From NCBI GenBank assembly GCA_964035545.1, contig OZ037765.1:31371504-31435503 (forward strand): 64,000 bases of DNA. Reading direction: 5' to 3'. The DNA comes from Bugula neritina. Taxonomy: Eukaryota > Animalia > Bryozoa. Both the position numbers and the translations under genes were made by a program. Positions 13,414 to 30,615 of the stretch are shown piece after piece (position 1 is the first letter of the stretch; each line of letters starts with the position of its first letter). The notes under the pieces were generated by a model, which was not told where the DNA came from, did not search any database, and saw nothing but the letters and a program-made list of their open reading frames with translations.

Positions 13414-15426
13414 CTACGATGATGTGTTAACTGCACTTATCAGCCAGTCCACGGGGTCAACTATATCTCTGTATATCATTTGAGCTGAGCACTCCGATAC
13501 CTACAACATTGTAACACGTACAGCTGACATTCATTGAAACTACATAAAATAGCAATGCATTGAAGTGCTAAAATAGCAAATAATTGGAAAGCATAAACAT
13601 GACCTTTAACAAACAATTGTTTTTCATGAATTGTTGCCTCAGAGTTGTCTTCTCATACTGAGCAAATATTTATTGAGAAATATGAAATACGTAAAGTGGA
13701 GTAGCTGACATACCATCCAAGGCCTGGAGAGAGAGTTGAGGTTGAGACACTGACACACTTGGTAGGATGAGATAAATGGATCCGACTCAACTTTACGAGA
13801 GGATAAGATTAGAAGAGGCGTGTCAGCTTTGAGATGCTTGTTGAGCAGCTCAACCTCTTTGGCTTGTTTCTTTAAATTAGTCAGAGTTTGCTGCTCTACA
13901 TCACATAAAGTAAACAAATAGAACATTTCCTTTGTTTGGAGTATTTTTAACAAATATCAAGTTTGCAAAAACCTAATGATTTAGTTTAAAGTTGACATCT
14001 TCTCATCTCACAAATAATTTGATAACTATTTAAGTATCATATATACACTGCATTCTCATACTCCGCATGAATTTTTCATACGATGCATGATGACAGGTCA
14101 ATATAATAAAACCACGACCATAAGTTAATGCAAGCCACAACCGCAAACCCATCCGATGTATGGGAACAACACAGTAGTAGTGAAGAAGGAATAACAAAAC
14201 TTTTGGTAAAATTATAATACCAATTCACAACGGAGAATAAACAGGAGTGTTTCCACCTACCAGAGTTACCATCTAGTATTCTAGTGTCTATACTGTGAAT
14301 ATATCCATGTAGCGTCTGCAGCAGTTGCAGGTAAGATTCGTCTGTCATTTTAGATTCTAACATTTCAATTTGCTGCTCTACTGTCATGGCGTCACGCAGT
14401 GACTTAGGAGCTACATACATGAGGCATAACTCCAGCATACATCTCTTATATTTAAACTGGAAACCTCCGCCAAACCCTACAGAATATTATGCTATAGAGT
14501 CACAAAAAAGAGTAACACATAAAAACAAAATGTATACATATCTAGCAGATAGAAAAGGCATCTATTAGACATACCACGGAATTTTCCAGGAAACTGCCCA
14601 CAGTGCTGAAACACATTGCCCGCATCAAATGATAGGAGTTTGCTAAAGAAAGACTGCCCTTTGCCATATGAGTCCATCGCAGATGCTCCCACACCGAAAG
14701 TGTAGCGTTTCATAGGCATAAACATTCGTAGCATATCTGAGAGCTGATGAATAGTGGTCTGCTGGTACACGCTTTTCTTCCATTTCTGAATTTCAGGTGA
14801 ACTTCTCATGTAACTGTAAGAAAGTCAACAATTGCAACATAACTAAAGAGCGGTACCCTAAAGTCTAAACTCTAAATGATGTAGTGAAATAAACATCAAC
14901 GGTCAAACAGCATGATACAAAAACTGATTCTAGTAAATAATGCACTCTTATATCACATTTATTATATCAGTAAACACTATTGAAATACAAATTCTTGAAA
15001 TAAGGAGCATCAAACATCAATAAACATTGCAAAATAAGTTAACCCATTACTCTAAAGCGAAGAACATTCTTTTATACTTACACATCAAATTTAGAAATTT
15101 CAGTATCATCTATATAGCTGTCAGGTAAACTGGAGTTTGATACTTGCTTCCAATTATGAACATCAGCTAATAGCTTGTGTTTCCACAATATATCATCTGT
15201 GGAGAGACGGTTCCATAGGTGACAGACCCGTCTAACTTTACATAAGCTTATTGCATCAAGAAATGAGAATATTTCTAGCAGTACATCTTCCTGTAAAATG
15301 GCATTTTTTATCAAAAACAGTAAATTTGTTCAACAAAAAACAGAACTCGGCCTCAAAGTATTTTAGCAACTGTTGTGATAATTTTGAAATTTCACATACC
15401 GGTAACTGGTGTACTGTAACTTCCAT
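13414..15426 (-). CDS. FBXO4: F-box only protein 4-like, 319 aa; exons 15426-15400, 15290-15082, 14813-14575, 14476-14261, 13895-13714, 13500-13414
   Basis: Spliced F-box LPEDVLLEIFSFLDAISLCKVRRVCHLWNRL. The C-terminal GTPase-like domain has FBXO4-type segments (GFGGGFQF; PLLILSS...LNLNSLSRPWMV...DWL). Phases are consistent. Confidence 0.85.
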
Positions 15427-16665
15427 AATATACTGATGTGTTAAGTGGTTAGTCTGAAACAGAAATGGGAAAAATATTAGAAACAGCTATTGGAATATTA
15501 ATAACAGGAAATTAAATCAATCAAAAATCAAGAATAGAAATTTGCAAAAAAATGATATAAATAGAAAACCAAGATAATCAGATACAGACTAAAAATGCAA
15601 TTTAATAAATTCTTCAAAAGTACCACAAGTGACTAAACAGCTTTTTAAACTTTACATAGCAACTTTTAGACTAACAAGTTATTTAGCCATGATTAGGCAA
15701 ACAAGAACATTTCACAAACGTCAGTCACAATTTAGGAAGTTTCTTCATCAAATTACAAAACTGTGAACTAGTCGAGTTTCAAGCAATTATTTGAATGTAT
15801 TATCTCATGCCAAGTTTCACTCAACATAGTCATGGTATATTCATACTGATATTGAGTGTTAGTATTCACCAATTATCTTTAGCCGTAAGCCTTGGCTTAA
15901 TTTTCCTTCTAATTTTGATTTTCAGCTTTACTTTCACATCAAGCTACCAAAAGTAAGTCATTAAGATTTAAAGCTAGAAGGTTATCAAAGGTAACAAAAT
16001 GTAAAAATTAAACTTTTCACATCTCTGTTTAATTTTATTATTCACTATTCAGTGTTGAAAACTTAAAAATATTAGATGCTTATTAATTAGAAGTTAACTG
16101 CTAAAATAAAACACAACTTGGAGTCTTTAAGTTTATGATAATGATTATCACTATGAGTATGATAATTATTATCATTATCATTATGATTATCATTGAGTTT
16201 GACATCATCATTATGATATTGAATATCATTACGGTTACCATTATCATTATGCCTGAAAGTGAACTCGATTAGATTTTAATTTAACCAAAATATTTTTGAA
16301 AAATGAAAAGTAGATTACCAATAATTAATTATAATTATTGTTATAACTATATCAACATCTAAAACTTGTAGCTCACAATGTCATAAAAACTAAAACCGCT
16401 ATTAGGTGCTTCCTTGCAAGTTACAGAGCTATATAATTATGATTCTGATTTTCATTATGATTATGTGGAGCAAAATGAGAATAATCGCTTTTGCAATTAT
16501 TGCTTCCGTGGAGTTTATGAGTAGTTAGGAACTTTGAGCAATCATAGCCTTAGAGTTTGACAATCATGAAGTGTTGCATCTCGTCTGGGACTCTCGGTAA
16601 TCCTCGCTGCATTGGTTATACTTTTCTCAAGAAAAAATGCTTGTGTCAAGGACGTTGAAGTATAC

Positions 16666-16698
16666 GGCCTCTTTTTGGTATTCCTCGGAATCAATATG
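16666..16698 (+). promoter_or_regulatory. Polypyrimidine TCT/5'TOP initiator and ATG-only first exon of RPL37; head-to-head with FBXO4
   Basis: GGCCTCTTTTTGG lies ~25 nt upstream of ATG|GTGAGT, the usual layout of ribosomal-protein genes. Confidence 0.7.
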
Positions 16699-18401
16699 GT
16701 GAGTGGAATTTCAGTCGCATAAATTTTGTAAATTTCTATCAATCGCAATCTTAACTAAATGAAATATTATAGCATATTTTGCTCTTTCAATAATAATATG
16801 TTAGATTTGTAAAAGCTCTTACAATCGTTTTTGATGCACATTCAACTTGTTGTGTTGAAAAAAGCTCTAGAAAAATTACCAGACTCGATTGTTTTCATTA
16901 GTAATACTACAGGCACAGTGCATTACCCATTACATGCTGCATTGCTGATTGTTAGATTCTTACTCTTGAGCAAAACTTTGAAATTCAGTTCAAACTTTAT
17001 TGTTTTGCATTTTAGCTTATGCCAATTTCAAATTTTATCCTTACATAATCGATACATATTCAATATGATGTTCATATTGATATTTATATTGAATTTGACA
17101 TTCCTTTGAAGTCAAATATCCCATTTACTTTTAAGAGCAGTAATGGAGAAATTGAGATAACCCAACTTCTTCAATTTTCTTATTAAATTTTGGTTTGGAG
17201 TGCGGGTTGAAATTCTTTCTAGAACATAACTTGTGCTACATTTCTAGTCTAGAACACACGCTTTTCTCATTTTCTCCATTACTGCACCTACCTCTCAATA
17301 TTTTCATTTTGGTGTGAAAAGCAATTTTAGAAGATTGGTTTAAATTAAAACAGTGTATGTAATCTGTAATGCAGCTGTGGGCGTTTGTTGCATTTTCAAA
17401 TGATCCCAGTTGTGAACATATTGTTCGTTGAACAAGGTGATCCAACTATATTCTAGCTAAAATTTTCACATATGCTGCTTCAATTGAACTTAGGTCTTAG
17501 TGCCATCACAATAGAAGTCTTAAGTGCTTCAAAAGTTTTATATTCTGTAAAATCGTGCCAAGTTCAAGTTCACTCGTTGGTCTGTTTAAAATTGCTATTT
17601 GTGTCTCATTTAGTATAACTACAAATCAAAATATATTGAAATACCGAAATTGTCTTCTATTATCATTATAATTTTATGTTTACATAGCTGATAGTGTATT
17701 TTATAGTAGTTATATGCTTGAAGTAGTATTGCAGATGCTTGTTTAAACTTGAAAAAGTTATTACTTTGCAGTTGATTATTAAAAACTGAAAGTGTATAAT
17801 TTAATCATCAACTTACCTATTGGTAATATTGTAGACCAAAGGTACAACCAGCTTTGGTAAAAGGAAGAACAAGACCCACACTCTTTGTAGAAGGTGTGGG
17901 CGAAGTTCCTATCACATACAGAAAAGTCTCTGTGCACAATGTGGTTACCCATATGCAAAGACTAGACACTGTAAGTGCTAAGTTATTTTTCAAACTAATT
18001 TTCTGGAGTGGTAAAGTGTCCAGGATCTTGGTAAAACATCTGTTAGTCTTCTGGGAAAATTATTAGCCGGCTGTATTGTATTATTCACTTTAAGTCATTA
18101 ACTAATATTGAATTATGGCTACTAACTGGTGTATTATTTGCAGATAACTGGTCTGAGAAAGGTCGACGAAGGAAGGCAACTGGAACAGGAAGAATGAGGC
18201 ACTTGAAGAATGTTCAAAGACGGTTTAAGTATGTAAAATAAATATTCAACTGTTGGTCTTTGACTACAACTATGATCACTATGAGTATTGATGAGTTCAA
18301 TTGTGTACCTTGTCAAATTTTCACCTTACGAATCATCTTTTTGTAGGAATGGCTTTAGAGAAGGAACTACTCCTAAACCAAGGAAGGCAGCGGCCAAGTA
18401 A
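16696..18401 (+). CDS. RPL37: 60S ribosomal protein L37 (eL37), 92 aa; exons 16696-16698, 17835-17970, 18144-18228, 18347-18401
   Basis: [40 protein letters not shown]...[22 protein letters not shown]...NGFREGT. The ORF track misses it because the exons are short. Confidence 0.97.
17134..17288. mobile_element. MITE family A copy 2, in RPL37 intron 1
   Basis: GCAGTAATGGAGAAATTGAGA...TTTCTCCATTACTGCACC-TA; the internal sequence is shared with 60-215. Confidence 0.7.
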
Positions 18402-18549
18402 CTTGAGACAAAATGTGTGCTGTCACTTTCTGTGTTTTTAGATCAATACACTGTGTAACACATTCATACATCATATTTAGTTATATTTATAATTTCTCTT
18501 GGTTCTCTGAGTATTTTTGTAAACGAAATTAAACACAAGACTTACAATT

Positions 18550-19250
18550 TGTTCACCAAAGTCTGTTTGGTATTAGCATTATCTGTAAGTTTTGAATATT
18601 GTTGGTTACATGGTAAAAGTTTAAGGCACTCATTATCAAGATATTCAATAGCTTTTTGCCTATTCAGAGTCAGTCTAATAATGATCAGTCAGGGTTCAGG
18701 CTACTTGGGGGTTTTACATCAGAGTTTATGCTCCTAGTCACAAGCCTGTCAAAAACCGAACTAGCTTACTTGTATACTTGTCAATGAACTTATCAGCAAT
18801 ATCACAAAATGCAGCCCATGTGCATTTCATAATCAAACCAATAAGTGTTTGAGTTCTGTTTTGCCAGGAGTGCTGTAGCAGTTCGTATTTCAGCTGTTTC
18901 TTCAGTTCTTGCTGTGGTGTTTGAGGTGTCTCTGTTTTGGCCAATGTTGTGAATAAAGCAGTTTCTTTATGGCTGCTATATGATAGTTTTGAACAAGTTA
19001 TTAAACATTTGATAGAAAAAACTTTTTTCTCTAAGCCAATGATTTGAGGTAAAATTTATAAAATTACTTAGTTATACATATTTTTTATACATTTTCCTGT
19101 TTTCCCACTTGGCTTATTGTCTGAATATTAGGCCCACTAATGGGACCCAAAGTACAACACAAGTTTAAGAAAAGACAACTCTAGTACTTTTTCAACAGAT
19201 CTAACAGTTTAAACTTTAAAGTATACCTTAGCAAAGAAGCTGCCAAGATT
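18550..19250 (-). pseudogene. Highly decayed relic of the GLYCTK-like gene (left duplicate block)
   Basis: 18570-18755 aligns to the last GLYCTK exon 46794-47055 (GTATTAGCA.TATCTGTAAGTTTTGAATAT; TCAGAGT.TAT.CTC; GCCTGTCAAAA). 18890-18943 aligns to the exon at 48503-48570 (CAGCT.TTTCTTCAGTTC.TGCT...TCTGTTT.GGCCA). There are many deletions. Confidence 0.75.
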
Positions 19251-21152
19251 GTGGCATTTTGCTAAAACATTAAAAGCATAGTCTTTGTGTGCAAGAATTT
19301 AAAATAGTTTTTTGATATTCACATGCGTTGTCGAAGTGTTTTTTATTTATCAATAGAATTCTGTAAAACCAGTTGCTGAAAACCAAAGCAAAGCTGTAAA
19401 GTTCAATTATAAATACTTAAACATACTTAATGCTGTTTTCATAAAAAGTTAATTGCATTGACCCTTTGGCATTCGTCAGCATGCTATTTTATTCGTGCCT
19501 CAATTTATTCTATTTTTTGAAAGCAATTAATATGTTGTCTACTGTAGTAGCTAGCAGCTGTTTTAGCTATGTAAATTTGTGCCCAATCCTTAATGCAGCA
19601 TCTTTTGACCTAATTTGTATAATAAAAGTCTGTTTATAGCTGGTAATATAAATAAGCTGTGTTATATACTCAAGCATTTTCATTCTTTTTGACAGTTGAA
19701 ATACTTTCCTCTAACTCTGATCAACTTCCCAAGTTTAAATAATAACTTCATTCAGAATCCATAATTTTTAAACTTCTTTTGAATTTTTGTAGGCTTTTAT
19801 CCAAAAAAGGTATTGCTTTTACTACTGAACGGAACTTTTTACAAATCACTTTTAATACAAAATTGAGGATATTTTAATAACCCAACTCTTCCCATAGTTT
19901 GAAGCTCAAGCTATAATAGCACTAATAGCTAGATTATTTGCTAATCATAAAGGAGTTATGGAGATATCTAAAGTTTACAGGATTAATCTCAGATTATAAT
20001 TATGATGTTGAGCTATTTCTGTTTTTAAAAGAGGTTGATAAATAGAAAGTTAGAACCTGTTTTAACTCTCTTTTTTTATTTCACTGTCAGCTAGGAGAAC
20101 TACCGATTAAAATCTTTGCAGATGCAAGAAGATGCATATTAAAGTGTTTACACTGAACCATGGTTCACCAACTATATAGAAGGATTCTCTTTGTGCAAAC
20201 CATTGATTGTCAGGTGAGTAAAGGATTGTTTTATGGAATCTGCAGTTTAAATAATTTTCTTGCTTTTGCAATGCAGAGTTTTTGTGAAAGCGTATGCCAG
20301 CTAGATCCACTCATATAGACGTATTTACAGCCTTGCGTCGAAAGAATGAATCAAACTAGGAGTTGTCTTATCAAATTTGATGCTTCAAGTAAGAAAATAA
20401 TTATATGCGTGCAAGTTTATTACAAGTAAACATATTCAATAATCCTGTAATATCCCAAGTTTTAGTTGTTTCTACAAGCCATGTCCAAAATTAACTGTTG
20501 GATCACCTGGTGCTAATTAAAAACATGTTTGCTGACCTTTATATCACTGCTAATGGTAATTAAAAGTACTATTGTTGTAAAATGAGAAGTAAATGTGAGC
20601 CGCTTTTATAAAATTAGTGATAAAATCTTTAGCCTTCTAAAGAAAACTCTCTTTCCCTGGGGGGGGGGGGAGGGAGTTTCAGGAAGGTTTTTCTTATCAA
20701 CATTAAATTCAACACGTGTTTCTGATTGCATAACATAACTAAGTTATTTCAATGTACTGTACCAGCTTTGATTAATCTAAGTTTTTTTGCAATATATAAC
20801 TATATATTGCATTTATTGAATATGATACACCACACACACCATCACTAACACACTAAAACTAAATATTATTTATATGCTATTATATTTACAACCTATATTT
20901 CCATAATTTATCAATCATAAGGTAAAAAAGTACTCCATTTACTAGGCTGTAGCTTTTAGTTCCAATACTGACAACACTAAGAAATTAAAATGTAGCATCT
21001 AACCTGCATCTACATATTATCAAACATATCATATGTACACCATATACCCCCATGCTAAACTATTACAAGAATATACTACACACTCTACGTGAAATTACTA
21101 CAGCAATTACTGATGACTAAGGACAACACCATAGAGCCATAGACTAAACTCT

Positions 21153-25018
<3,866 letters not shown>

Positions 25019-26077
25019 TACCTCTTCTTAGTTATGAAATATTCTGTAACAAAGTAGCATTTAATAAATGAAACTATAACTAGCAGTTGGAGTTGTTTGC
25101 TCACCACAAGCAAAGTGCTCAATGATCCACACCTTTTTATGCATTTTGAAACACTTTTTATTTCTGTATTTTACACTAAAGATGTCAACAGAACTAAGAT
25201 GCCTTTAGTTCTTAAGTTTTATATTTTATTCTATAGTCTTTATCTAAAATATAATAATTTAATATAAATTTCAATTCATTTCACTACTAATTACCACATG
25301 CATACAACATATCAATGTTTTATTTAAATCTCTAGATAATATTGTTACAGTATGCTATTACCGTAGCAGTAATGGTCTATTTTTTTATAAGAAACCAACA
25401 CAAGAAAAATTGTTGTGACTAATCTAAAGCCGTATTGTCTACCAAGTTCAATTAGTGACCCAACATTGCATCAAGTGTAGAACGATTTAATTAATATATT
25501 CCTAGGTTTTGCCCAAGATGCCTACTAATGAAATGGGTTAGCAGTTGCATGGTTAGTTTTTAGAGCTTTAAAGCTATTTATGTGTTGCGTTTGGGATTGG
25601 GATTGGGATTGGGTCTGGCAAGTGGTACCTAGTGTAATGGCCAGTCCTACGAAGAGCCATTTTAGGTTTTAGCTTCTCATTCCACGTAGTTGTTGCTCAA
25701 ATTATATATTATATCAAATGTTATCTTCATAATTAAACAAGCAACAGCTTACTGTAAGTGTTACCAGGGTTATATAATTGTTTCTGAGTGCATACTATAC
25801 AGTAGGATTATTACTGAGTGGTCTAATGTTTGCCTTAGCTTTTTGTCTATCCCTCTTAAACCCAGTCCATTCCACCGCCTTAAACTGATGCTCTAGGGTG
25901 GCTAATGAGCAAATGTTTGCTACAAATTCTTAGTATTGCGATGTTACATAAAAAGTTAAAGAATCTCGGACATTCAGTATTCAAATATCCACCAACCAGT
26001 CATTTGGCCATCAGCTATTTGTAAATTCAGAGTTGTGTGCCCAAACAATAACCAATAGTGAATAGATAAAGCAGTCA

Positions 26078-26696
26078 ACCATACAAAACTCATTTAATTA
26101 CGGGTGTGTACGAACTCTAAACTCTTATCATTATAACTTATATTAAATTCTGCAAGTTCAACTGCAAAATGCATGCTCTTAAAAAATATTTTTGCAATAA
26201 TTTTAAATTTGAATGCGTGAAAACTGCAATTAAAAGTTACGTCTGAAAATATACTCTGGATAAGCTGTATTACTACACCAGCCGCTACTGGGATAAGAAT
26301 TGATGCATTCAGCTTTAGTAGTTGGATGATGATGTAAGACTTGAAGGGTCAGTTGAGCAGCAAATAAACTGGTTTGCATTATGGTATAACAGCTGAATGT
26401 ATCGTTCCTTACCCCAGTAGCGGCTGGAGTAGTGATACAGCTTATCCAGGGTATATTTTCAGACATGTAATTTTTTAATGGCAAATTTCACACATTCAAA
26501 TGAACAAATATTAAAAAATAAACTCATTGCTGTAAACTTAAGATACGAAATGAAAAGATGCACATAGCAAAAGTTGCACAAGTACTTTTTAGAACGATGC
26601 AATTTGCAGTTGAACTTGCAGGATTTTATATAAGTTATAATGATGAGATTTTAGAGTTGCATGGTACACACTCGTGATTGGCTGAGTTTATATGGT
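26078..26696. mobile_element. Degenerate MITE/foldback element with ~95-bp imperfect TIRs
   Basis: TCATTATAACTTATA..TTCTGCAAGTTCAACTGCAAA (26128-26168) is inverted at 26603-26645 (TTTGCAGTTGAACTTGCAGG..TATAAGTTATAATGA). No clear TSD. Confidence 0.65.
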
Positions 26697-28497
26697 CCAA
26701 TAGACCATGGTCTAACCAATAAATTGAAAGGTATAATCTTTAATGTTTCTGTTGGGTAAATATTTATTTTAGCATATCACTGTAAGTAAATTAATCCATG
26801 TAATATATATCTATGTATTACCTATATCATAATATAGTTATGGGTATATTGTTATATCTGGATTTATAAGTATTATAAATATGTGTAGTTGTCATCTCTT
26901 GTTGTTGCATGTGTGTGGGGTGTACAACTCTAAGTTTGACATTAATACTACTTATAGCGTGGGTGTGGCTTGTGTGAGTGTTGAAGCTATATAACCTAGT
27001 GCAAATGTGAGAATTGAGAGACTTGAGACTGGTTGAAGAATGATTGAGAATATTATTTATATAGAATGTATGCAACATAATTAGAATGTGTTAGAGTAAG
27101 TTTGTGAGTGCTAGCTCAGGACCATAGACCGAGGAGCACCACCAGCCAACTACTCTAACCCGGAGTCTCAACTTCACCCCTACCAGACGGACAGGAGCTG
27201 GAGTTACCTCGCAGCCAAGCTATTAACCCGCAACTGCACACCGACCCCGAGCTCACCCCAAGGCCATATTATATATATTATTCGGTGAGTTTACAATACT
27301 CAAAATCAGTAAGACCCACCATAACAATATTATAGTTCAATAGACCCTTTTCAGTGGTCTCCAATGTCCCGCTAAAATTAAGAGTTGTGTCCTCCCAACA
27401 TGCAAAAATGTTGCCTAAAATATGCTTGAACGCATTTTTGTGGTTTCCGTTGCTGGGCAATGCAGAAATAGCAACTATGATTAAGTCTCAATTATCATTT
27501 GTTGTCCTGTCTGTTATGGCCATGCAATTTATAGCTGAATTGACCTTTCAACTCTGCAGTGGTCCAGTTTCAGTGCTAGTTACATGCCTGCTTAGCTGTG
27601 TTATAGCATGTACACATAATTATACTTTGAAGAGTTTGTACTACATTATGTTCAAAGGACCGTCAATGCTTTACATAGTTTCATGTTATAGCCAAAACTT
27701 TTTTAAAAGAAAAATATTACTAAGAGAAGCAAAGCTCAGTTTAGGCAAAAATTTATTTAACATATTTTATATAGTTGATTGATTTGTTGCATATCACAGA
27801 CATGACAACATGTTGCGAAATTCAGTGTAAATACTGGCTATGATATAAGTAGGCATGAACAAAAATGAATGAAAAAAAAGTCAAAACTCTGTAGGAATAT
27901 TTAAAATAGAAGCCCATTTAAAGTATTTACAAGAGGCAGACATCTTTTAATTCAATATCATCTTGAAATATTTTGTCTGCCCTATATCTTTATTGCATGT
28001 TTTACAACAGGTCTAATAGTTTCATTTGAAAGTTCTAATTGATCGATATGTTATACTTGGGGTGAACTTATCCTCGATTATGCATAACATTTTGTGACCC
28101 AGGATCAGCCAAGCCAGCTGTAAAACTACAGCTAAGTTTCAATAAGACTAGCTGATGTAGATATTTAGAGCATGAGAAGTTGAGAAGCTATAACATTAAA
28201 TGGTTTCACTGAAAACCCAAGCAAAAAGTTAATAACTCAATATTTTCAACATACTTTCACTGCTTCCTTTATCAGAATTTGCTTCATACTTTTCAACCAG
28301 AAATTCTTTCAGATAATTCAGTTTACCTATGTTGCAATTTGATGAGTTGAGAAACTTGGGTTTTCAGGTTCAGTAATGGCTGGCTTAGGTTGGCCTTTTA
28401 CTTATTTCATTATATAACTATGTTTTAACCTACCACCTACATTAACTAGGACCTTGAGTCTACTGCAGCTGACAGAGATGACTACTACACACGGGTA

Positions 28498-28636
28498 GGT
28501 GCAGTAATGGAGAAATTGAGAAAAGCCTTTGTTCTAGATTAGAAATGTAGCAAAAGAAGTTATGTTATGTGCAACACCAAAATTTATAAAGAAATTCAAA
28601 AAACTTAGGCTATCTCAATTTCTTCACTACTGTTCC
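28498..28636. mobile_element. MITE family A copy 3 (opposite orientation)
   Basis: TA-GGTGCAGTAATGGAGAAATTGAGA...TCTCAATTTCTTCACTACTGTTCC-TA. Confidence 0.75.
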
Positions 28637-30270
28637 TATACTACAAGCCACAGGCATAATATTAAGAAATAACAAAACTGTAACACAAAAACCTGAATGC
28701 CAACAGCTAAAAGGCTATCGGGGTTTATCTAGATATATTTATTTGAGCACAATTGTTGCAAGTGCAATAGATGCATTTAACCTGCTAGAAAATTTAAAGA
28801 CATGTATTAATCCACATTTCATATTCGTTTGATGATACAAATTTAACCAGTCTATTTAATAATATATCGTTTATCTATAGTTTTGTGAGAATGCTTCTTG
28901 AAAATGATGGGTATTGAGGTAGGTAGTTTAGCTATTCTCATAACATAAGTGCATAAGTATATAATTAATTGAAAATGCTAACAGCTAATCTGCTGTCTCA
29001 TTCACTAGCAGAGCTCAAGACTGTGCTAACAGCAGATTCTGACCAAAAAGTTGAAAGGTCAACAGCTATGAATTGAACATGACAGCCAGTATAACAAATA
29101 ATTAATGAGACTTGTATCATAGTTACCACTTCAACTTGCTCAGTAACCAAAACCACAAACATGCTTTGAAGTTTATTTTTCTCAATATTTGTCAAGAAAG
29201 AAAATTTTTAAAAATTTTCTGGAACTGCTATTATGTATGCTTAGGCCAAAATATTTATCTCAGAAAAGAAAAAACTCATGCTAGCAATAGTCCTCACACA
29301 AACCTCAAATTTCTCCTGATTTTATGACTTTCTATATATCATATAAACTCCCCCATATACCGGGTGGGAGGAGACAACTTCAAATTATAAAAGCCCCTAA
29401 AGGGACATTTGAAAATGGTGTAATAGTAGCAACTCTAGAATGAAGTGGGACTTATTCCTCCTCCAAGAAAATAAAGTTGTAGATTTGTATACATTAATGC
29501 TGACCATTTAGTAATAATTATTTAAAATGATAATTTACAAAATTATAAGAAAAAGTCATATTAAACTATAAAGGCAATGATTGTAGCCAGGAAAGATTTG
29601 AGAATCTGACTATGCCTCCCTCACTGCCAAAATCCTAAATTAACTTATAAAATATCAAATAGAATAAATTGTACCTTCTCTATAAAGAATCATATTTAGT
29701 ATTTGCAGTTTCAAAGTCAAATATAAATTGTCAAGTTCAATATATACAACTTTTTTGTGTGGCCCTAAAAAAAATTCTAATCCCAAATTCTGAACATTCA
29801 AAATAAAACTCACAATAACAGTAAAAAAGCTATTTACCCAAAACAGTGTTTCTTAGCAGTATCAGGCTGCTTGCTTCGGGTAAGAAGTTCAATTTCTCTC
29901 ACTTATAAGGCTGCACTATATTCAACTACTCAACTGCTTGCCGACTTCTCCTATATAATGCTACAATGCTTGTTTTATAAGTGCCCTGGTTATATTAAAA
30001 GTTAACTGCGATTTGCATGATTGGTTAGATGAGTGGTCAAAAATATCATTTTTCCTTCTACATGTGGTTCGCAAAGTCCAAGCAGTGACCCCATGGAATA
30101 TAATGCGGTTTATAGTCTTTAGCAGATAAGCTACAAGCTAACCTGGGGTGATTGGCTAACTGCCTTACAAGCATTCGGATTTCCTACCAGCTTGTACGGC
30201 TTGGATATTGGCTATTGTGAGAGTGAAAGTAAAGACTGCACGAGGGGACTCTTACGCAGACTGTCGAGTA

Positions 30271-30615
30271 AGCCTAGGGCCACACTGTGCGTATTTTCGC
30301 ATGCGAAAATTAAAATCACGGGTAGCAAAGGTGTCCACTGTAGCGTCAGTGATGCGTGATAAATAAAGCGTTCATTTTTAAATCGCACTCGCTTTCAATA
30401 AAACGCAATTTACTGGAATATAGCACTAAATATAGAAATTGGGCTCGCTGAATAGCTACCAGCCAATTAGGTGACGACGACAGAGACGATTCGCACTTGC
30501 GTTGAAAATGCAGAGCGACAAGTGCGAAGGTTTTCTCAACGCGCACAGTGGACACCTTTGCTACTTGTGATTTCAATTTTCGCATGCGAAAATACGCGCC
30601 GTGTGGCCCTAGGCT
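30271..30615. mobile_element. MITE with ~70-bp TIRs (AGCCTAGGGCCACAC...), TA-flanked
   Basis: AGCCTAGGGCCACAC..GCGTATTTTCGCATGCGAAAATT..GTAGCAAAGGTGTCCACTGT is inverted at 30545-30615, with TA on both sides. The superfamily is uncertain. Confidence 0.8.

Noticed and set aside
16699-18346. snoRNA in RPL37 introns
   Set aside because: No paired C and D boxes with a terminal stem were found by eye. An Infernal/snoscan run would be needed.
30015-30270. tRNA-derived SINE or tRNA gene (A/B-box-like words)
   Set aside because: The boxes are degenerate, there is no cloverleaf and no second copy in the window.
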